Assembly: GCF_004010195.1 (NCBI RefSeq)
Contig: NC_057755.1
Coordinates: 9,826,891 to 9,890,890, forward strand
Direction: 5' to 3'
Origin: Chiloscyllium plagiosum
Lineage: Eukaryota
DNA: 64,000 nucleotides
Numbering within the stretch: the stretch's first letter is position 1; each line of letters starts with the position of its first letter. The notes beneath the pieces were generated by a model, which was given only the letters and a program-made list of their open reading frames with translations, was not told the origin of the DNA and made no database searches. This document shows, in pieces, positions 27,011 to 40,609 of this stretch. The position numbers were made by a program, and so were the translations under genes.

Positions 27011-27675
27011 ACATTAGGTAAAATGTGGGCAGAGAAGCCCAACTCCTCTTCTCCCACCCTCTCTTCCCTATTACTGGCTCAGCACTCCTCCATGTTGAAC
27101 AGTACTTGGAGGAAGAGTGGAGGGTAGCACGAACCAAATGTGTTCTGAGCATGGGTACTTCATTGCAAGAGTGGTTTGGTGGCACCAATATTGAGTAACC
27201 TAGCTGAATCCTGAAGGATCTATCTGTCGTATTAGATCATGAGAGAGCCAAAATGAGAGAAAACACAGATGAGCTTGTCCCCAACAAACTACTACTTGCA
27301 GGTACTTCTAATGATGATGGAATTGTTAGGAGCCTGTGCTTGTGGACAAGGAGTCCTGTCTTTACACTGAGGGCCCCGTCCTTCATATTGTGTGGCACTG
27401 CCAACACGTTAAATAGGATATAACAGATGGTGCATCTTAAAGCTCAGCAGCAGAAAGGTTACCTCCACAGTCCATAAGTTTCTGACTTTGGCACATCCTT
27501 CATTCCATATTGCCATCAAATGGTGGTGGGAGGGGGGGGTGCGGGGATCAATCCTAATTCAGGCAAGTGTGTGGAAGGTGCTATCTGTAGTATCAGGCAG
27601 AGTTTTAGAATGAGCTGCCAATCTGATGAAGGTACAACACAGGACAACATGTCAGCTGAACAATAGAAGCAGCAT

Positions 27676-27705
27676 TTCTTTCTTTCTTTTCTTTCTCTCT
27701 TTCTC

Positions 27706-27759
<54 letters not shown>

Positions 27760-27766
27760 CCTCTCT
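27676..27766. repeat. (CT)n / CT-rich microsatellite
   Basis: Directly visible. Confidence 0.95.
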
Positions 27767-28713
27767 GTGGACAATGGGTGTTGCTGTTAAGACTGGCATC
27801 TGATTTACATCCCCAATTATCCTGGTACCAAGTGGGTTGCTGGGCAGTTTCACAGTTGAGAGTCAGTCACATTGCTGCGGATCTGTACCTACATCTATGC
27901 TAGACCAGTAAGGATTGCGGCTTTCCTCCTTTCAAAGGCCATTGGTGAACCAGATGCAGTTTGGCAGGAGTCAATGATCTTTTCATGGTCATCATTACTG
28001 AGCTTCTAATTCCAGATTTATCGATCGACTTGAAATTCCACTAGTTGCTGTGGTTTGACCCCATTTCCCTGGAACATTCGCTGTTTTACTAGTTCAGTGA
28101 CACTGTGACTACTCCACTATCTAAACTCGATCGTACGCTAATGTCAGGCAAGTGAACAGGTCGGTTCAGGACTCCCCAGTCCTGCCACATCCAGTCATGA
28201 GTGCCAATAGAAAATTTTCATCTCCAGGCTCCCATTCCTGTTAGATGGACTCCAGGACCAGTGCAACCATCATCCACCAGAACAGTAGAGTGGATGATCC
28301 ACCTTAACTCCTCCTAAAATCCTTGCTGTCACAGAAACCCGATATCTTTTCTTGGATCTGCCCTTCCTGACTCCTCGCTACACCGGCACGTTCATGAACA
28401 CATAGAGCAGTTTCTCTCGCCAGACGAGTCTGAACTTCAGCTGTTCTTTCCCTTTGTCCCCTCCTCTGCGCCGATATCCCCACCCATCCTTGTTTCACCA
28501 GCAGACGTGGAATGGAATTAGCGGCGCCCCAGTGTTGAAACTTCATCGGTTGCAACATTCAGACTTGAAATTGATACCTGTATGCTGACTTTGTTTCCTC
28601 TGTATGACCAATCATCATTCTGTGTTGCTGCAATCATCTCTGCTGCTTGTCTGACATGATATTCTCTCTGTCCCTTGCCTGTTGTCCTTGATCATTCTGT
28701 TTGTGTCTGACAG

Positions 28714-28813
28714 ATCAGCGGGATTATATCTGCGAGTATTGTGCCCGTGCCTTTAAGAGTTCTCATAATTTGGCCGTTCATAGAATGATCCACACAGGAG
28801 AGAAGCCGCTGCA
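28714..28813 (+). CDS. ZFP91: ZFP91-like coding exon, finger 3 (DQRDYICEYCARAFKSSHNLAVHRMIHTGEKPLQ); not in ORF track
   Basis: Hand translation gives a C2H2 finger plus TGEKP linker; gacag acceptor, CA|GTAAGT donor. Confidence 0.97.
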
Positions 28814-29269
28814 GTAAGTACCAAAGACTTGTGCAGAGTTCCAGAGCTCAGTTTCCCTCCCCCGACCCCACCATCCCACTCTCACTCTCTCTTTCTGCCC
28901 CTGAACCTGCTGCCATTTTCATTCAACCCTGTTATTTCCATGCACTCTCTCCTTCCTACTCTCTTGTAAGTTCCCCCTCTGTCACCATGTCCTCCCTGCT
29001 TTGCACCTCCTTTCTCTTCTGGTCACCACTGTTGCCCAGTCTGCGCCAAACCCTTTCGCTTTTCAGCTCCTCTCTAGCTCAGCATTCTGCCTGTGAAACC
29101 AACTCCCCCCGACCCCAGCTTCCAATTCTCCTTCATCGTCTACCTTCTACAATAACCTGACCACAATAGGAAGGATGTTATTAAGCTGGAACAGGTGCAA
29201 AAGAAGACTTACAAGGATTTTACTGGGGTTTGGGGAGTTTGAGTTATAAGGAGAGGCTGGGTCGGCTGG

Positions 29270-29662
29270 GGGAACATCTCCAGGACACCCGCACAATTAC
29301 CCCATTGCCCCATGGCTCAACATTTCAACTCCCCCTCCCACTCTGCTGAGGACATGCGGGCCCTGGGCCTCCTCCACCACCACTCCCTCACCAACCGCCG
29401 CCTGCAGGAAGAACTCGTCATCTTCTGCCTCAGAACACTTCAACCCCAGGGCATCAGTGTGGACTTCACCAGTTTCCTCATTCACCCCCCCTCCAATTTA
29501 TCTCTCCACCCTGGATGCTCCCTGCCTTCATTCTTGATGAAGGGCTATTGCCCGAAACGTCGATTTTCCTGCTCCTCGAATGCTCCCTGACCTGCTCTGC
29601 TTTTCCAACACCACTCTAATCTAGACACTGATTTCCAGCATCTGCAGTCCTCATTTTTGCCT
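29270..29662 (+). mobile_element. Penelope-like 3' fragment inside a CR1 fragment (about 29160-30010)
   Basis: AQHFNSPSH...EELVIFCLRTLQPQGI peptide plus the terminal repeat seen at 38850-39010. Confidence 0.75.
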
Positions 29663-30049
29663 TGGTCTTTTTTTTCAGTAGGGCATATCAGGTTAAGGAA
29701 GGACCTTACAGACATTTACAAAATCATGAGGTGAATAGGCAATATTTCCCCAAGGGTAGGGTAGAGGGCATAGGTTGTAAGGTGAGGGGGGTGAGATTTA
29801 AAAGGAATCTAAGGAGCAACTTTTTGCACGCAGAGGGTGATGCGCATATGGAACGAGCTGCCAGAGGCAGTGGTAGAGGTAGGTTACAGTTGGCAGACAT
29901 TTGGACAGAAATGTGAATAGGAAAGGGTAGAGGGATACGGACCAAACTACTTCATGGGCATGGCCAAATTGCGATGAAAGGCCTTTTTCTCTGTGCTGTA
30001 TGACTCTGATTGGCTTCCTGCCCCCTTCTGCCCTCCGTATCTCGAGTGT

Positions 30050-33000
30050 ATAGAGTCATAGAGACGTACAGCACGGAAACAAACCCTTCGGTCCAACCCA
30101 ATCTAGTCCCACCTGCCAGAACGCGGCCCATCTCCTTCCAAACCCTTCCTATTCATATACCTATCCAAATGGTGCAATTATATCAGTGTCCTCCACATCC
30201 TCTGTGTGAAAAGGTTGCCCATTAGGTCTCTTTTATATCTTTTCCCTCTCACCCTAAACCTATGCCCTCTAGTTCTGGACTCACCGACCCCAGGGAAAGG
30301 TTTTTGCCTATTTACCCTATCCATGTCCCTCATAATTTTATAAATCTCTATAAGGTCACCCCTCAGCCTCCGATGCTCCAGGGAAAACTGCCCCAGCCTG
30401 TTCAGCCTCTCCCTATAGCCCAAACCCTCCAACCCTGGCAACATCCTTGTAAATCCTTTCTGAACCCTTTCAAGTTTCACAACATGTTTCCGATTGGAAG
30501 GAGACCAGAATTGCAATATTCCAACAGTGGCCTAACCAATGTCCTGTACGGCCGCAACATAACCTCCCAACTCCTGTACTTCGTACTCTGACCAATAAAG
30601 GAAAGCATACCAAACGCCGCCTTCACTATCCTATCTACTTGCGACTGCACTTTCAAGGAGTTATGAACCTGCACTCCAAGGTCTCTTTGTTCAGCAACAC
30701 TTCCCTAGGACCTTACCATTAAATGTATAAGTCCTGTAAGATTTGCTTTCCCAAAACGCAGCACCTCGCTTTTATCTGAATTAAACTCCATCTGCCACAT
30801 CTCAGCCCATTGGCCCATCTGGTCAAGATCCTGTTGTAATCTGAAGTAACCTTCTTCACTGTCCACTACACCTCCAATTTTGGTGTCATCTGCAAACTTA
30901 CTAACTGTATCTCTTATGCTCATATCCAAATCATTTATGTAAATGACGAAATGTAGAGGGCCCAACACCGATCCTTGTGGCATTCCACTGGTCACAGGCC
31001 TCCAGTCTGAAAAACAACCCTCCACCACCACCCTCTGTCTTCTCCCTTTGAGCCAGTTCTGTATCCAAATGGCTAGTTCTCCCTGTATTCCGTGAGATCT
31101 AACCTTGCTAATCAGTCTCCCATGGGGAACCTTGTCGAATGCTTTACTGATGTCCAAATAGATCACATCTACCGCTCTGCCCTCATCAATCCTCTTTGTT
31201 GCTTCCTCAAAAAACTCAATCAAGTTTGTGAGACATGATTTCCCACGCCATTGTGACTGTCCCTAATCAGTCCTTGCCTTTCCAAATATGTGTACATCCT
31301 GTCCCTCAGGATTCCCTCCAACAACTTGCGCACCACCGACATCAGGCTCATTGGTCTGTAGTTCCCTGGCCTGTCCTTACCACCCTTATTAAACAGTGGC
31401 ACCACGTTAATCAACCTCCTGTTTTCCAGCACCTCACTGTGACTATCGATGATACAAATATTTCAGCAAGAGGCCCAGCAATCACTTCTCCAGCTTCCCA
31501 GAGTTCTCGGGTGCACCTGATCAGATCCTGGAGATTTATCCACCTTTACCTGTTTCAAGACATCCAGCACTTCCTGCTCTGCAGTATGGACATTTTGCAA
31601 GATGTCACCATCTATTTCCCTACAGTCTATATCTTCCATATCCTTTTCCACAGTAAATACTGATGCAAAATATTCATTTAGTATCTCCCCCATTTTTGCG
31701 GCGCCACACAAAGGTCGCCTTGCTGATGTTTGAGGGACCCTATTGTCTCTCTCGTTACCCTTTTTGCGTAATGTATTTGTAAAAACTCTTTGAATTCTCT
31801 TTAATTCTATTTGCCAAAGCTATCTCATGTCCCATTTTTATCCTCCTGATTTCCCTCTTAAGTATACTCCTACTTCCTTTGTATTCTTCTGAGGATTCAC
31901 TCCATCTTTCCTGTCTATACATTACATATGCTTCCTTTTTATTAACCAAACCCTCAAAATTCTTTAGTCATCCAGCAGTCCCTACACCTACCCAGCCTTT
32001 CCTTTCACCCTAACAGGAAGATACTTTGTCTTGATTCTCGTTATCTCATTTCTGAAGGCTTCCCATTTTCCAGCCGTCTCTGTACCTGTGAACATCTGCC
32101 CCCAATCAGCTTTTGAAAGTTCTTGCCGAATACCATCAATATTGGCCTTTCTCCAATTTAGAACTTCAACTTTTAGATCTGGTCTCTCCTTTTCCATCAT
32201 TATTTTAAATCTAATAGAATTATTGTCGCTGGCCCCAAAGTTCTCCCCCACTGACACCTCAGACACCTGCCCTGCCTTATTTCCCAAGGGTAGGTCAAGT
32301 TTTGCACCTTCTCCAGTAGGTACATCCTGCTATCCCTTATCAAAAACGCCAGTCCCCCTCCTCTCTTGCCTCCCTTTCTATCCTTCCTGTAGCATTTGTA
32401 TCCTGGAACATTCAGCTGCCAGTCCTGCCCTGAGCCATGTTTCCGTAATTGCTATGATATCCCAGTCCCATGTTCCTAACCATGCCCTGAGTTCATCTTC
32501 CTTCCCTGTTAGGCCCCTTGCATTGAAATAAATGCCGTTTAATTTATTAATCCTACCTTATCCCTAACTGCCCTGATTGACTCGCTTCTGTTCTCAACTG
32601 TACCAGTCTAAGATTGATCTCTTTCCTCACTATCTCCCTGGGTCCCACCCTACCACCTTACTAGTTTAAATCCTTCTGAGCAGCTCTAGCAAATTTCCCA
32701 GATATTACTACTCTCGAGGACCTCCTTTTTAAATTCCTGCCTAGCTCTTTGTAATCTCCCTTCAGAATCTCGACCTTTTCTCTTCCCATGTCGTTAGTTC
32801 CAATGTTGACAATGACCTCTTGCTGGCCTCTCTCCCCCGTGAGAACATTCTGCACCGTGTCTTGATCCTGGCACCAGGGAAGCAACACACCATTCTTCTT
32901 TTTCGCTGCTGGCCACAGAAACGCCTGTGTGTACCTCGGACGAGAGAGTCCCCTAACACAATTGATCTCTTGGAAACCGACGTACCACTCGTTGCATTAG

Positions 33001-33714
33001 AGCCAGTCTCAATACCAGAAACTTGGCTGTTCGTGCTACGTTCCCCTGAGAATCCATCACCCCTCCATTTTCCAAACTGGCATACCTGTTTGAAATGGGT
33101 ATATCCAAAAAAGACTCCTGCACTAGCTGCCTACCTCTCTTACCCTTCCTGGAATTAACCCATCTATGTGACTTTATCTGCCATCCATCACATACTGTTG
33201 CTGTTGCAAATTCCTCATTGCTTCTAACTGTCTCTCCAACCGATCCATTTGATCTGATAAGATTAACAGCCAACAGCAATTATGGCAGATATAATCTGCA
33301 GTAACCCTTCAATTCTCTTTAAACTCCCCCATCTGTCAAGAAGTACATATCCCTCTATTAAAGGCCATTTTTTGTTCTTTCACAATCTACAGTCCCAGAA
33401 ATTAACCCCGTCTTATTCATTTACAAACACTACCCTAGTTTAAATTAATAGTTATGGCTTATATTTTAAGTTTAATCAAGAGACAAATCTCCAAAAACAC
33501 ATCATCAAAAAAAAACCCACTCCACTCACTACTGCAGATTCTCTGTAGGCTACACTTAAAACAACGGTTAACTTATTTGATTCTGTGCTGTGAACTTAAC
33601 CCATCAGATTCTCCAAGATAAGTTGGGAATTTCAGTGTTTGTTAATTTTCCCAGATACACTCCGTTGTCCAGTGATACATGAATTCAAACGGCAAAGGCA
33701 GTAACTGTTCAGAT

Positions 33715-33752
<38 letters not shown>

Positions 33753-33985
33753 GTCTCTCTCAATGACCTCACCATGTGCTTCCTTTGTCTGTTCTTCTCC
33801 CTTTTAAAACGGCTGTTCTTTTGACTTCTTTTTTCCAAAGTTCCAAAGCAATGCAACAGCATATAAAACAGTTATTGCTGCTCCTGGAATTTGAGGAAAT
33901 CACCTCCAGCATCTAAAATACCTCAAAAAAAAGGAGCATCTCTTACATCCAGAATTTTTTCCCGTCCTCCATATTGGATTACCCA
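30050..33985 (-). mobile_element. Near full-length CR1 (HER1-like) LINE with internal deletions, antisense in the last ZFP91 intron
   Basis: ORF1 SGNH/GDSL esterase motifs (GDSLVRG, CFPGA, NIGTND); ORF2 RT (NYRPMSL, DISKAFDKVPH, PQGSVLGP, FADDTK); ctatgactcta tail at 30050; 5' UTR to about 33985. Confidence 0.92.
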
Positions 33986-34021
33986 GCTAACCAGCCTCTC
34001 TGTCCTGTCCCTCCCTCCCAG

Positions 34022-34253
34022 GTGTGAGATCTGTGGCTTCACCTGCCGACAGAAGGCCTCGTTGAACTGGCACATGAAGAAACATGACGCGGACGCTAAC
34101 TACCAGTTCTCCTGCAACATGTGTGGGAAGAAGTTTGAGAAGAAGGACAGCGTGGTGGCTCACAAGAGCAAAAGCCACCCAGAGTTGGTTATCGCCGAGG
34201 CTCTGGCGGAGAGTGCGGAGTGTACCGTTCTGGACCCTTGCAGTGCGCCCTGA
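34022..34253 (+). CDS. ZFP91: ZFP91-like terminal coding exon, fingers 4-5 (CEICGFTCRQKASLNWHMKKH...CNMCGKKFEKKDSVVAHKSKSHPELVIAEALA...stop)
   Basis: Diagnostic ZFP91 sequence; branch-point-like GCTAAC at 33986, pyrimidine tract, acceptor; TGA at 34251-34253. Confidence 0.96.
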
Positions 34254-35710
34254 GACAGACTCGTGCCATTTGGAACATGCCCACCCCTTCCCCTCGATGT
34301 GACAGAGGAAGGGGCGGGTACCAGAGAGACAGACAGACAGAGGAGGAGGGAGACTCTCCTCAATTCAACTTAACCGGTGTACATGTGTGGATCGGAAGAG
34401 GGGCATCTTTATTCAAACCCAGACACCCTCCCCTCTCCTGGCCCAACCCGTTGCTCAGACAGCATCCCCAACAGCCTCCCCCAGAGCCGTGGAGAGACCT
34501 CCAGCCATAGCCCTGAGTCCTGTTGGAGCCCCCTCCCAGCGTCTGGATCGTTCTCCTGGGCAAGTTGCAGCAGAGATAGATGGACCAGGCTTGAAGTTTA
34601 CCACTGCGTTCGCAAGGCAGCTTATCAACTGCCTGGAGCGTCACTAGAGTGAATCTGGAGCATGTCACAGTGTGTGTGCATGCAGACACGTGTGTATCTT
34701 GTGCTTCAAGGAGATGAGGCATCTTGCATAGGATCAAAATGGATTCAGCGTAGGGAGACGGGAAGTCCAAACCAAGGTTTTTTGCCTTTACTGATTGCTG
34801 TCAGGTGATCTCACTGGGTGAGTGGAAATGAGCTAAGGGTTCTGCTCCTGATCACTGGGTTGGCCAGGGACAAGAAATGGGCCGGGGTCTATAAGCTCAT
34901 ACTTGAGGAGGGGCTTAGGGTTCTGAGTGCTCGCCTTTCCAATGAAAGGGCAGGTTGCTGAGGAAGCAGCTCCAACACGGCAAGGGAAAGGTATTCTCCC
35001 AAGCCGCCAATACTGTTGGTTCAGTGCTATGGGATCCGAGGCCCTCAGAGGCTGGGTTGGCCGTTGGTTGAGAGGATTGAAAGACAAGCATCCCATATTG
35101 TACCCCCATCAGAAAGTAGTGATGTTGCCACTGAGACAATGAGAGGGAGAGCATTTAGAGAAAGACATGTTGGCTGTGGGGGGGGGGAGAGCTGAGTGTC
35201 TGTACACACCGAGTGAAAGGTGTCTGAGCACGGTGGTGAGTCCCAATGAAGTGGGGTCTGGGTATGTACACATGTTCATATAAACGTGTGCTGCACAAGA
35301 GGTGATGGGGTGAGAGCACCGCTGAATGCTGGTGAGTGCTGAGGCGTGGCTGCGGTGGGTAACAAGCTCATACCAGACGGTTATTGAGAATTGCTGCACG
35401 AGGTTGTGTAATTGAGAGAATGTGAAAAGGTGTGTGTGAGTGTGCACGTGAAAAAGCATGCACAACGGTGAGCCTGTTCGTGCATGTTTGTGTGTGTGCG
35501 TGTGTGCGTGCTGGATCGGAGGTCTCTCTGCTCCTGATGGTGTAAATACCTGTAGTGAAGTGGGCCTGTAGTCAGACCCTATTGGAAGGAGTTGATGGCT
35601 GTAGTTGGATTTATACTGAGCTGGAAATCGCGGGGGTTTTTGTTACTGTTTCACGTTATGGATTGCATAGATGAAACCATTAGACTCCACTGTGAGCACT
35701 GTTTAGTAGA

Positions 35711-35780
35711 AATAAATCTGTATAATTAACTATTAAAAAAGAGCAATAAACACAGTATTTTCTTCCATTGTGTTGTCTTT
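35711..35780 (+). terminator. Likely ZFP91 polyadenylation region
   Basis: AATAAA at 35711 and 35745 followed by T/GT-rich sequence; repeats start soon after. Confidence 0.6.
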
Positions 35781-36529
35781 TTACGGGTCCTGCTCTATGT
35801 GCATGTCTGTACTCTGCATATGCATATCCCATTTGTGTGTTCTGTACATCTGTGTCCCTTGGATCACTGATTATAGACTCTACATGCCCACTTTCCTCAG
35901 GTCCAACTGTGTTCATCTCTGTTTGTGCTCTCCACAATGTTTTTGTCTACTGTTTTTCCATCTGCTTATACTTGCTGTAACAGCCCATTGTAAGTGAAAA
36001 ATAAACTGAAAGAACTGTGGATGCTGTAAATCAAACAAAAACAAAAGTTGCTGGAAAATCTTAGCAGGCCTCAGTATCTGTGGAGAGAAATCAGAGTTAA
36101 ATTTCGGGTCCGGTGATCCTTCCGCATCACCGGACCCGAAATGTTAACATTGATTTCTCTTCGCAGTTACTGCCAGACTATTGCATGTACTGTGTGCACG
36201 TGTCTGTATTCCTGTTTGTTGGAATTTTTTGTGCGTGCTGTTATAGTGTTGCTATTCTGTATGTGACCATGTTTTCTCCCTTACTGTGGTACCAGTCCAT
36301 TTTTCGTTGTCTGGCTTGTTCTCCCATCACAGTCAAAAAGTGTGGCGCTGGAAAAGCGCAGCTGTTCAGACAGTATGTCTGCCTGTATCCTCAATATGTT
36401 TTGTCCAGCTGTGCTGTTTACCTGTATCTGTAACTCCTGCATACTGCATTTGAGTGTCTGCTTGTGCTTTCTGCATGTATATGTTCTTTGAGTCTGTATT
36501 CTCTGCATGTCTGTCCATTTCTCACTTGT

Positions 36530-39010
36530 CAAAAAAGTGGGGTGCTGGAAAAGCACAGCCGACCAGGCACCATCCAAGGAGCAGGAGAGTCGACATTTCG
36601 AACATAAGCTCTTCAGGAATGTCGGGGAGGCACTAGGGGGCTGAGAACTGGAGCTGGGGCTAGGGGGAAGTTAGCTAGGAATGCGATAGTTGTTTGGAGG
36701 TGGTGATGGTGATAGATCGGAGCTTAGGGTGGAGTGGACAGGTGGGAAAGATGATGGACAGGACAGATTAAAAGGGCTGTGCTGCGTTGGAGGGTTGGAT
36801 CTGGGATAAGGTGGGTGTCGGGGAGATGTGGAAACTGGTGAAATCAGTGTTGATCCCCTGTGGTTGGAGGGACCAAAGGTGCAAGATGAAGCGTTTTCCA
36901 GGCACCAGGTTGCTTGAATCTGGCTGTGGAGGAGGCCCAGGACTTGCATGTCCTTGGCGGAGTGGAAGGGGAAATTGAAGTGTTTGGCCACAGGGTGGTG
37001 GTGTTGTTTAGTGTGTGTGTACCAGGCATGTTCTCTGAAACATTCTGCAAGTTGGCATCCTGTCTCCCCAATGTAGAGGAGACCACATCGGGAGCAACAG
37101 AAACAGTAGATGATGTGTGTGCAGGTGCAGGAAAATCTCTGCCGGATGTAGAAGGATCCTTGGATGGAGGTGAGGAGGGAGGTGTGAGGGCAGGTTTTCC
37201 ACTTCCTGCGGTGGCAAGGGAAGCTGCCAGGAGTGGAGGGTAGATTGATGGGGGGCTTACTCCCTATTCCTCTGACTCCGCTGCATCTGCTCCTGGGAGG
37301 ACCAATTCCACCGTAGAACTTCCTGGATGGCCGGCTCCTTCAAGGACCACAACTTTCCCTCCCACGCAGTCAATGATGCCCTCCAGCGTATCTTCTCCAC
37401 TCCCTGCCCTTGATTCCCCACCCCTCCAATCGCAACAATGACAGAACCCCCTGGTCCACACCTTTCACCCCACTAACCTCCGGATACAACACATCATCCT
37501 CTGCCATTTCCACCACCTACAAACAGGCCCCACCATCAGAAATATATGTCCCTCCCCAACCGATCTGCATTCTGCAGAGACCATTCTGCCCAAGACTTCC
37601 CTGTTTGGTCCATGCCCCCACCAACCCACCCTCTCCTCCTGGGACCTTGCCACTGCAGGACGTGTGAAACCTGCACACACACCTCGCCCCTTATCTCAAT
37701 CTAAGGCCCCAGAGGATCAGCACAGTAACTCAGTGGTTAGCATAGCTGCCTCACAGTGCCAAGGACCCAGGTTCGATTCCAGCCTTGGGCGACTGTGTGG
37801 AGTTTGCACATTGTGTCTATGTGTGGGTTTCCTTTGGGTGTCCAGTTTCCTCCCGCATCCAAAGCTGTTCAGGTTAGATGAATTGGCCATGATGAAATTG
37901 CCCACAATGTGTAGTTTAGGCACATTAGTCAGAGGAAAATGTAGAGTAATAGGGTTGAGGAATAGATCTGGTTGAATACTCTTCAGAGAGTCAGTGAGAA
38001 CGTGTTGGGCCAAATGGCCTGTTCTGCACTATAGGGATCCTATGATCCTTCCACATCTGGCAGAGATTTTCCTACACCTCCATACGTATCATCTACTGTG
38101 TCCGTTGCTTCTGATCTGGTGGTCTCTACATTGGGGAGACAGGACACCAACTTGCGGAATGCTTCCGAGAACATCTCTGGGACATGCAGTAAACAACCCC
38201 ACTACCTTGTGGCCGAAAACTTCAACTCCCCCTGCCACTCCACCAAGGACGTGCAAGTCCTGAGCCACTTCCACCACCAGATTTTAGCCACCTGATGCCT
38301 GAAGGAAGAAAGCCCCCAACCACATGAGATCAATGTTTAGATTAGATTACTTACAATGCAGAAACAGGCCCTTCGGCACAACAAGTCCACACCGACCCTC
38401 CGAAGCGCAAACCACCCATACGTTTACCTAACCTAACACTACGGGCAATTTAGCATGGCAATTCATCTGACCTGCACATCTTTGGACTGTGGGAGGAAAC
38501 CGGAGCACCCGGAGGAAAGCCACCCAGACACGGGGAGAATGTGCAAACTGCACACAGTCAGTCGCCTGAGGTGGGAATTGAACCCGGGTCTCTGGCACTG
38601 TGAGGCAGCAGTGCTAACCACTGTGCCACCGTGCCGCCCACGGTTTCAGGAGTTTCCTCATTTCCCCTCCCCTACCTTATCCCAGATCCGAACCTCCAAC
38701 TTGGAACCACCCTCTTGATATGTCCTACTTATCCATCTTCTGTTCTATGTATCCACTCCAACATCAGCTCCAACCTATCACCACCACCTCCAACCACCTA
38801 TCGCATTCCAGCCACCTTTCCCCCCCAGCCCCATCCCCCCTCCCATTTATCTCTGACCCCTTGGGCCTCCCTCACATTCCTGATGAAGAGCTTATGCTCG
38901 AAATGCCGATTCTCCTGCTCTTCTGGTGCTTGATTGGCTGTGCTTTTCCAGCATCACACTTTTTGACTCCGACCTCCAGCATCTGCAATCCTCCTGTTCT
39001 CCCTTCAGGT
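36530..39010. mobile_element. Second Penelope-like family, inverted arms (36530-37260 on -, 37262-39010 on +) with two nested SINEs
   Basis: LHIGETG..LAECFREH GIY-YIG-like peptide in both orientations; shared terminal repeat with hammerhead-like motif. Confidence 0.75.
38876..38912 (+). ncRNA. Degenerate hammerhead-like motif in Penelope terminus
   Basis: CTGATGA-a-gagc-ttat-gctc-GAAA; cleavage-site region mutated (tgcc). Confidence 0.45.
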
Positions 39011-40609
39011 CATAATTTTGAGAGCCTGGAGCGAGTCTACATTTCCTTACGTCCTGCTTCCACTCCCTGTCTGTGTTCCAGATGCTATTTTATCATGAAG
39101 TGTCTACACTTCCTATTTCCCTCCTGTAGTCTTTTGTATGTGTCTATTCTTTTTTTGTTTACCTAGCAAGTCTCCATGTGTTCAAAGTTTTCTTAGAATA
39201 AACGGAACATAGTTACTTACATGCAAAAAGAATGCACATTGTATTTTCCATGTTAGGAACTTACAATATACAGACAAAGGCTGCAGTGCTGTCTGTGCTT
39301 ACGTTTGAAATTAAAAGATGCTGGCAGATGTTTGCATGTTTTTTGTTTTGAAGATTGGATAACTGGAGTCCTACAGGATGCTACTGTCAGCACAACCTTC
39401 CTGGTCCATCCCCCCTGTTAGGTTCTCACCACTTTTACTGCTTCTACTGTCTGTGTCGCCGTTACCTCCAGAACCCTTGATTTACTCAGTATGAGGCACC
39501 ATCAAAGTGCCCCCTAAGTCACCCAAGTTGGCTCATGCAGCTTTGAATGAGAAAAGAGTGAGACACGGAGCAGGTTTGGATTGAGTGTGTTAAGGATATC
39601 TCACTAAACCTTGGGAGTTTGGATCGAGAAGCAGCACCAGTAACCCTTTGAGTGCATATTCAACTGCTTTTAAGTGTCCAACTGTTGAACTGTTTGTGAA
39701 GAAAATTATAGAATTCTAGGATGTGAGAGCGTATGCGTGTGGACTTTTTAAAAATAGATTTCAAAACTGCATCTTAATAGCAACTACTTTTCTGATGATA
39801 TGCTCAGCCAGAGCCTATTCTGCTCTTCCCGTTGGCTGTAAAAGATCCCACAGAGGTATTTCATTACTGGAACTGGGGCGTTGTCTAATCCAGCGTAAGT
39901 CCTGCTTGTGGAGTCACGCTATTCATAATTTGGCTGCACCTTTTCCTACATTTCAACAATAGACTGAATTTCAGCAGTTCTTTGCCTTTGGGAAGTCCTA
40001 GATCATGGAGATCTTAAAACACAAACTTATTATTTCTATTTAATACAATATGAGAGAGCTGGAATAAGTTAGTTTCTAATCCTCCTCTTTTGAACAAGAA
40101 TGAAACAGAATCAAGTTGCTGAAGGAGCTCAGCAGGACAGGCATCATCTGTAGGGAGAAAACAATATTAACGATTCAAATTAAGTGAGCCGTCTTCAGAA
40201 TAGATTGTGTCTGAGGCAATAAAAGTGGTATTTTCCTCAATGACAAGGGGTGGAATGGAGTGAGCTGATAGATAGGGATGGAGCCCAGAGAGGAGCAAAA
40301 GGGATTTGTTGATAAGTCAGGGAAGGAAAAACACTAGATGGGACAATGTATGGTGAGTTAATGTATGGTTGCTTAAAGTAACCCATGTCAGAGCAGAGTC
40401 TGGGGTGTGGGGTGCAAGCTCTAAAATTATGAACTCAGTATTGAGTCCTGATGGCTGCAAGTGGAAAGTCAGGTGCCGTTCTTCCAGCTTCCAATGAACC
40501 TCACTAGCGCACTGCAGCAGACCTGAGATAGTTATGTTCCCACTGGAACTTGGTTTGCTGAAGTGGCAGGCAACAGGAAGCTCAAGGTCAATTTTAGACG
40601 AAACTTTGG

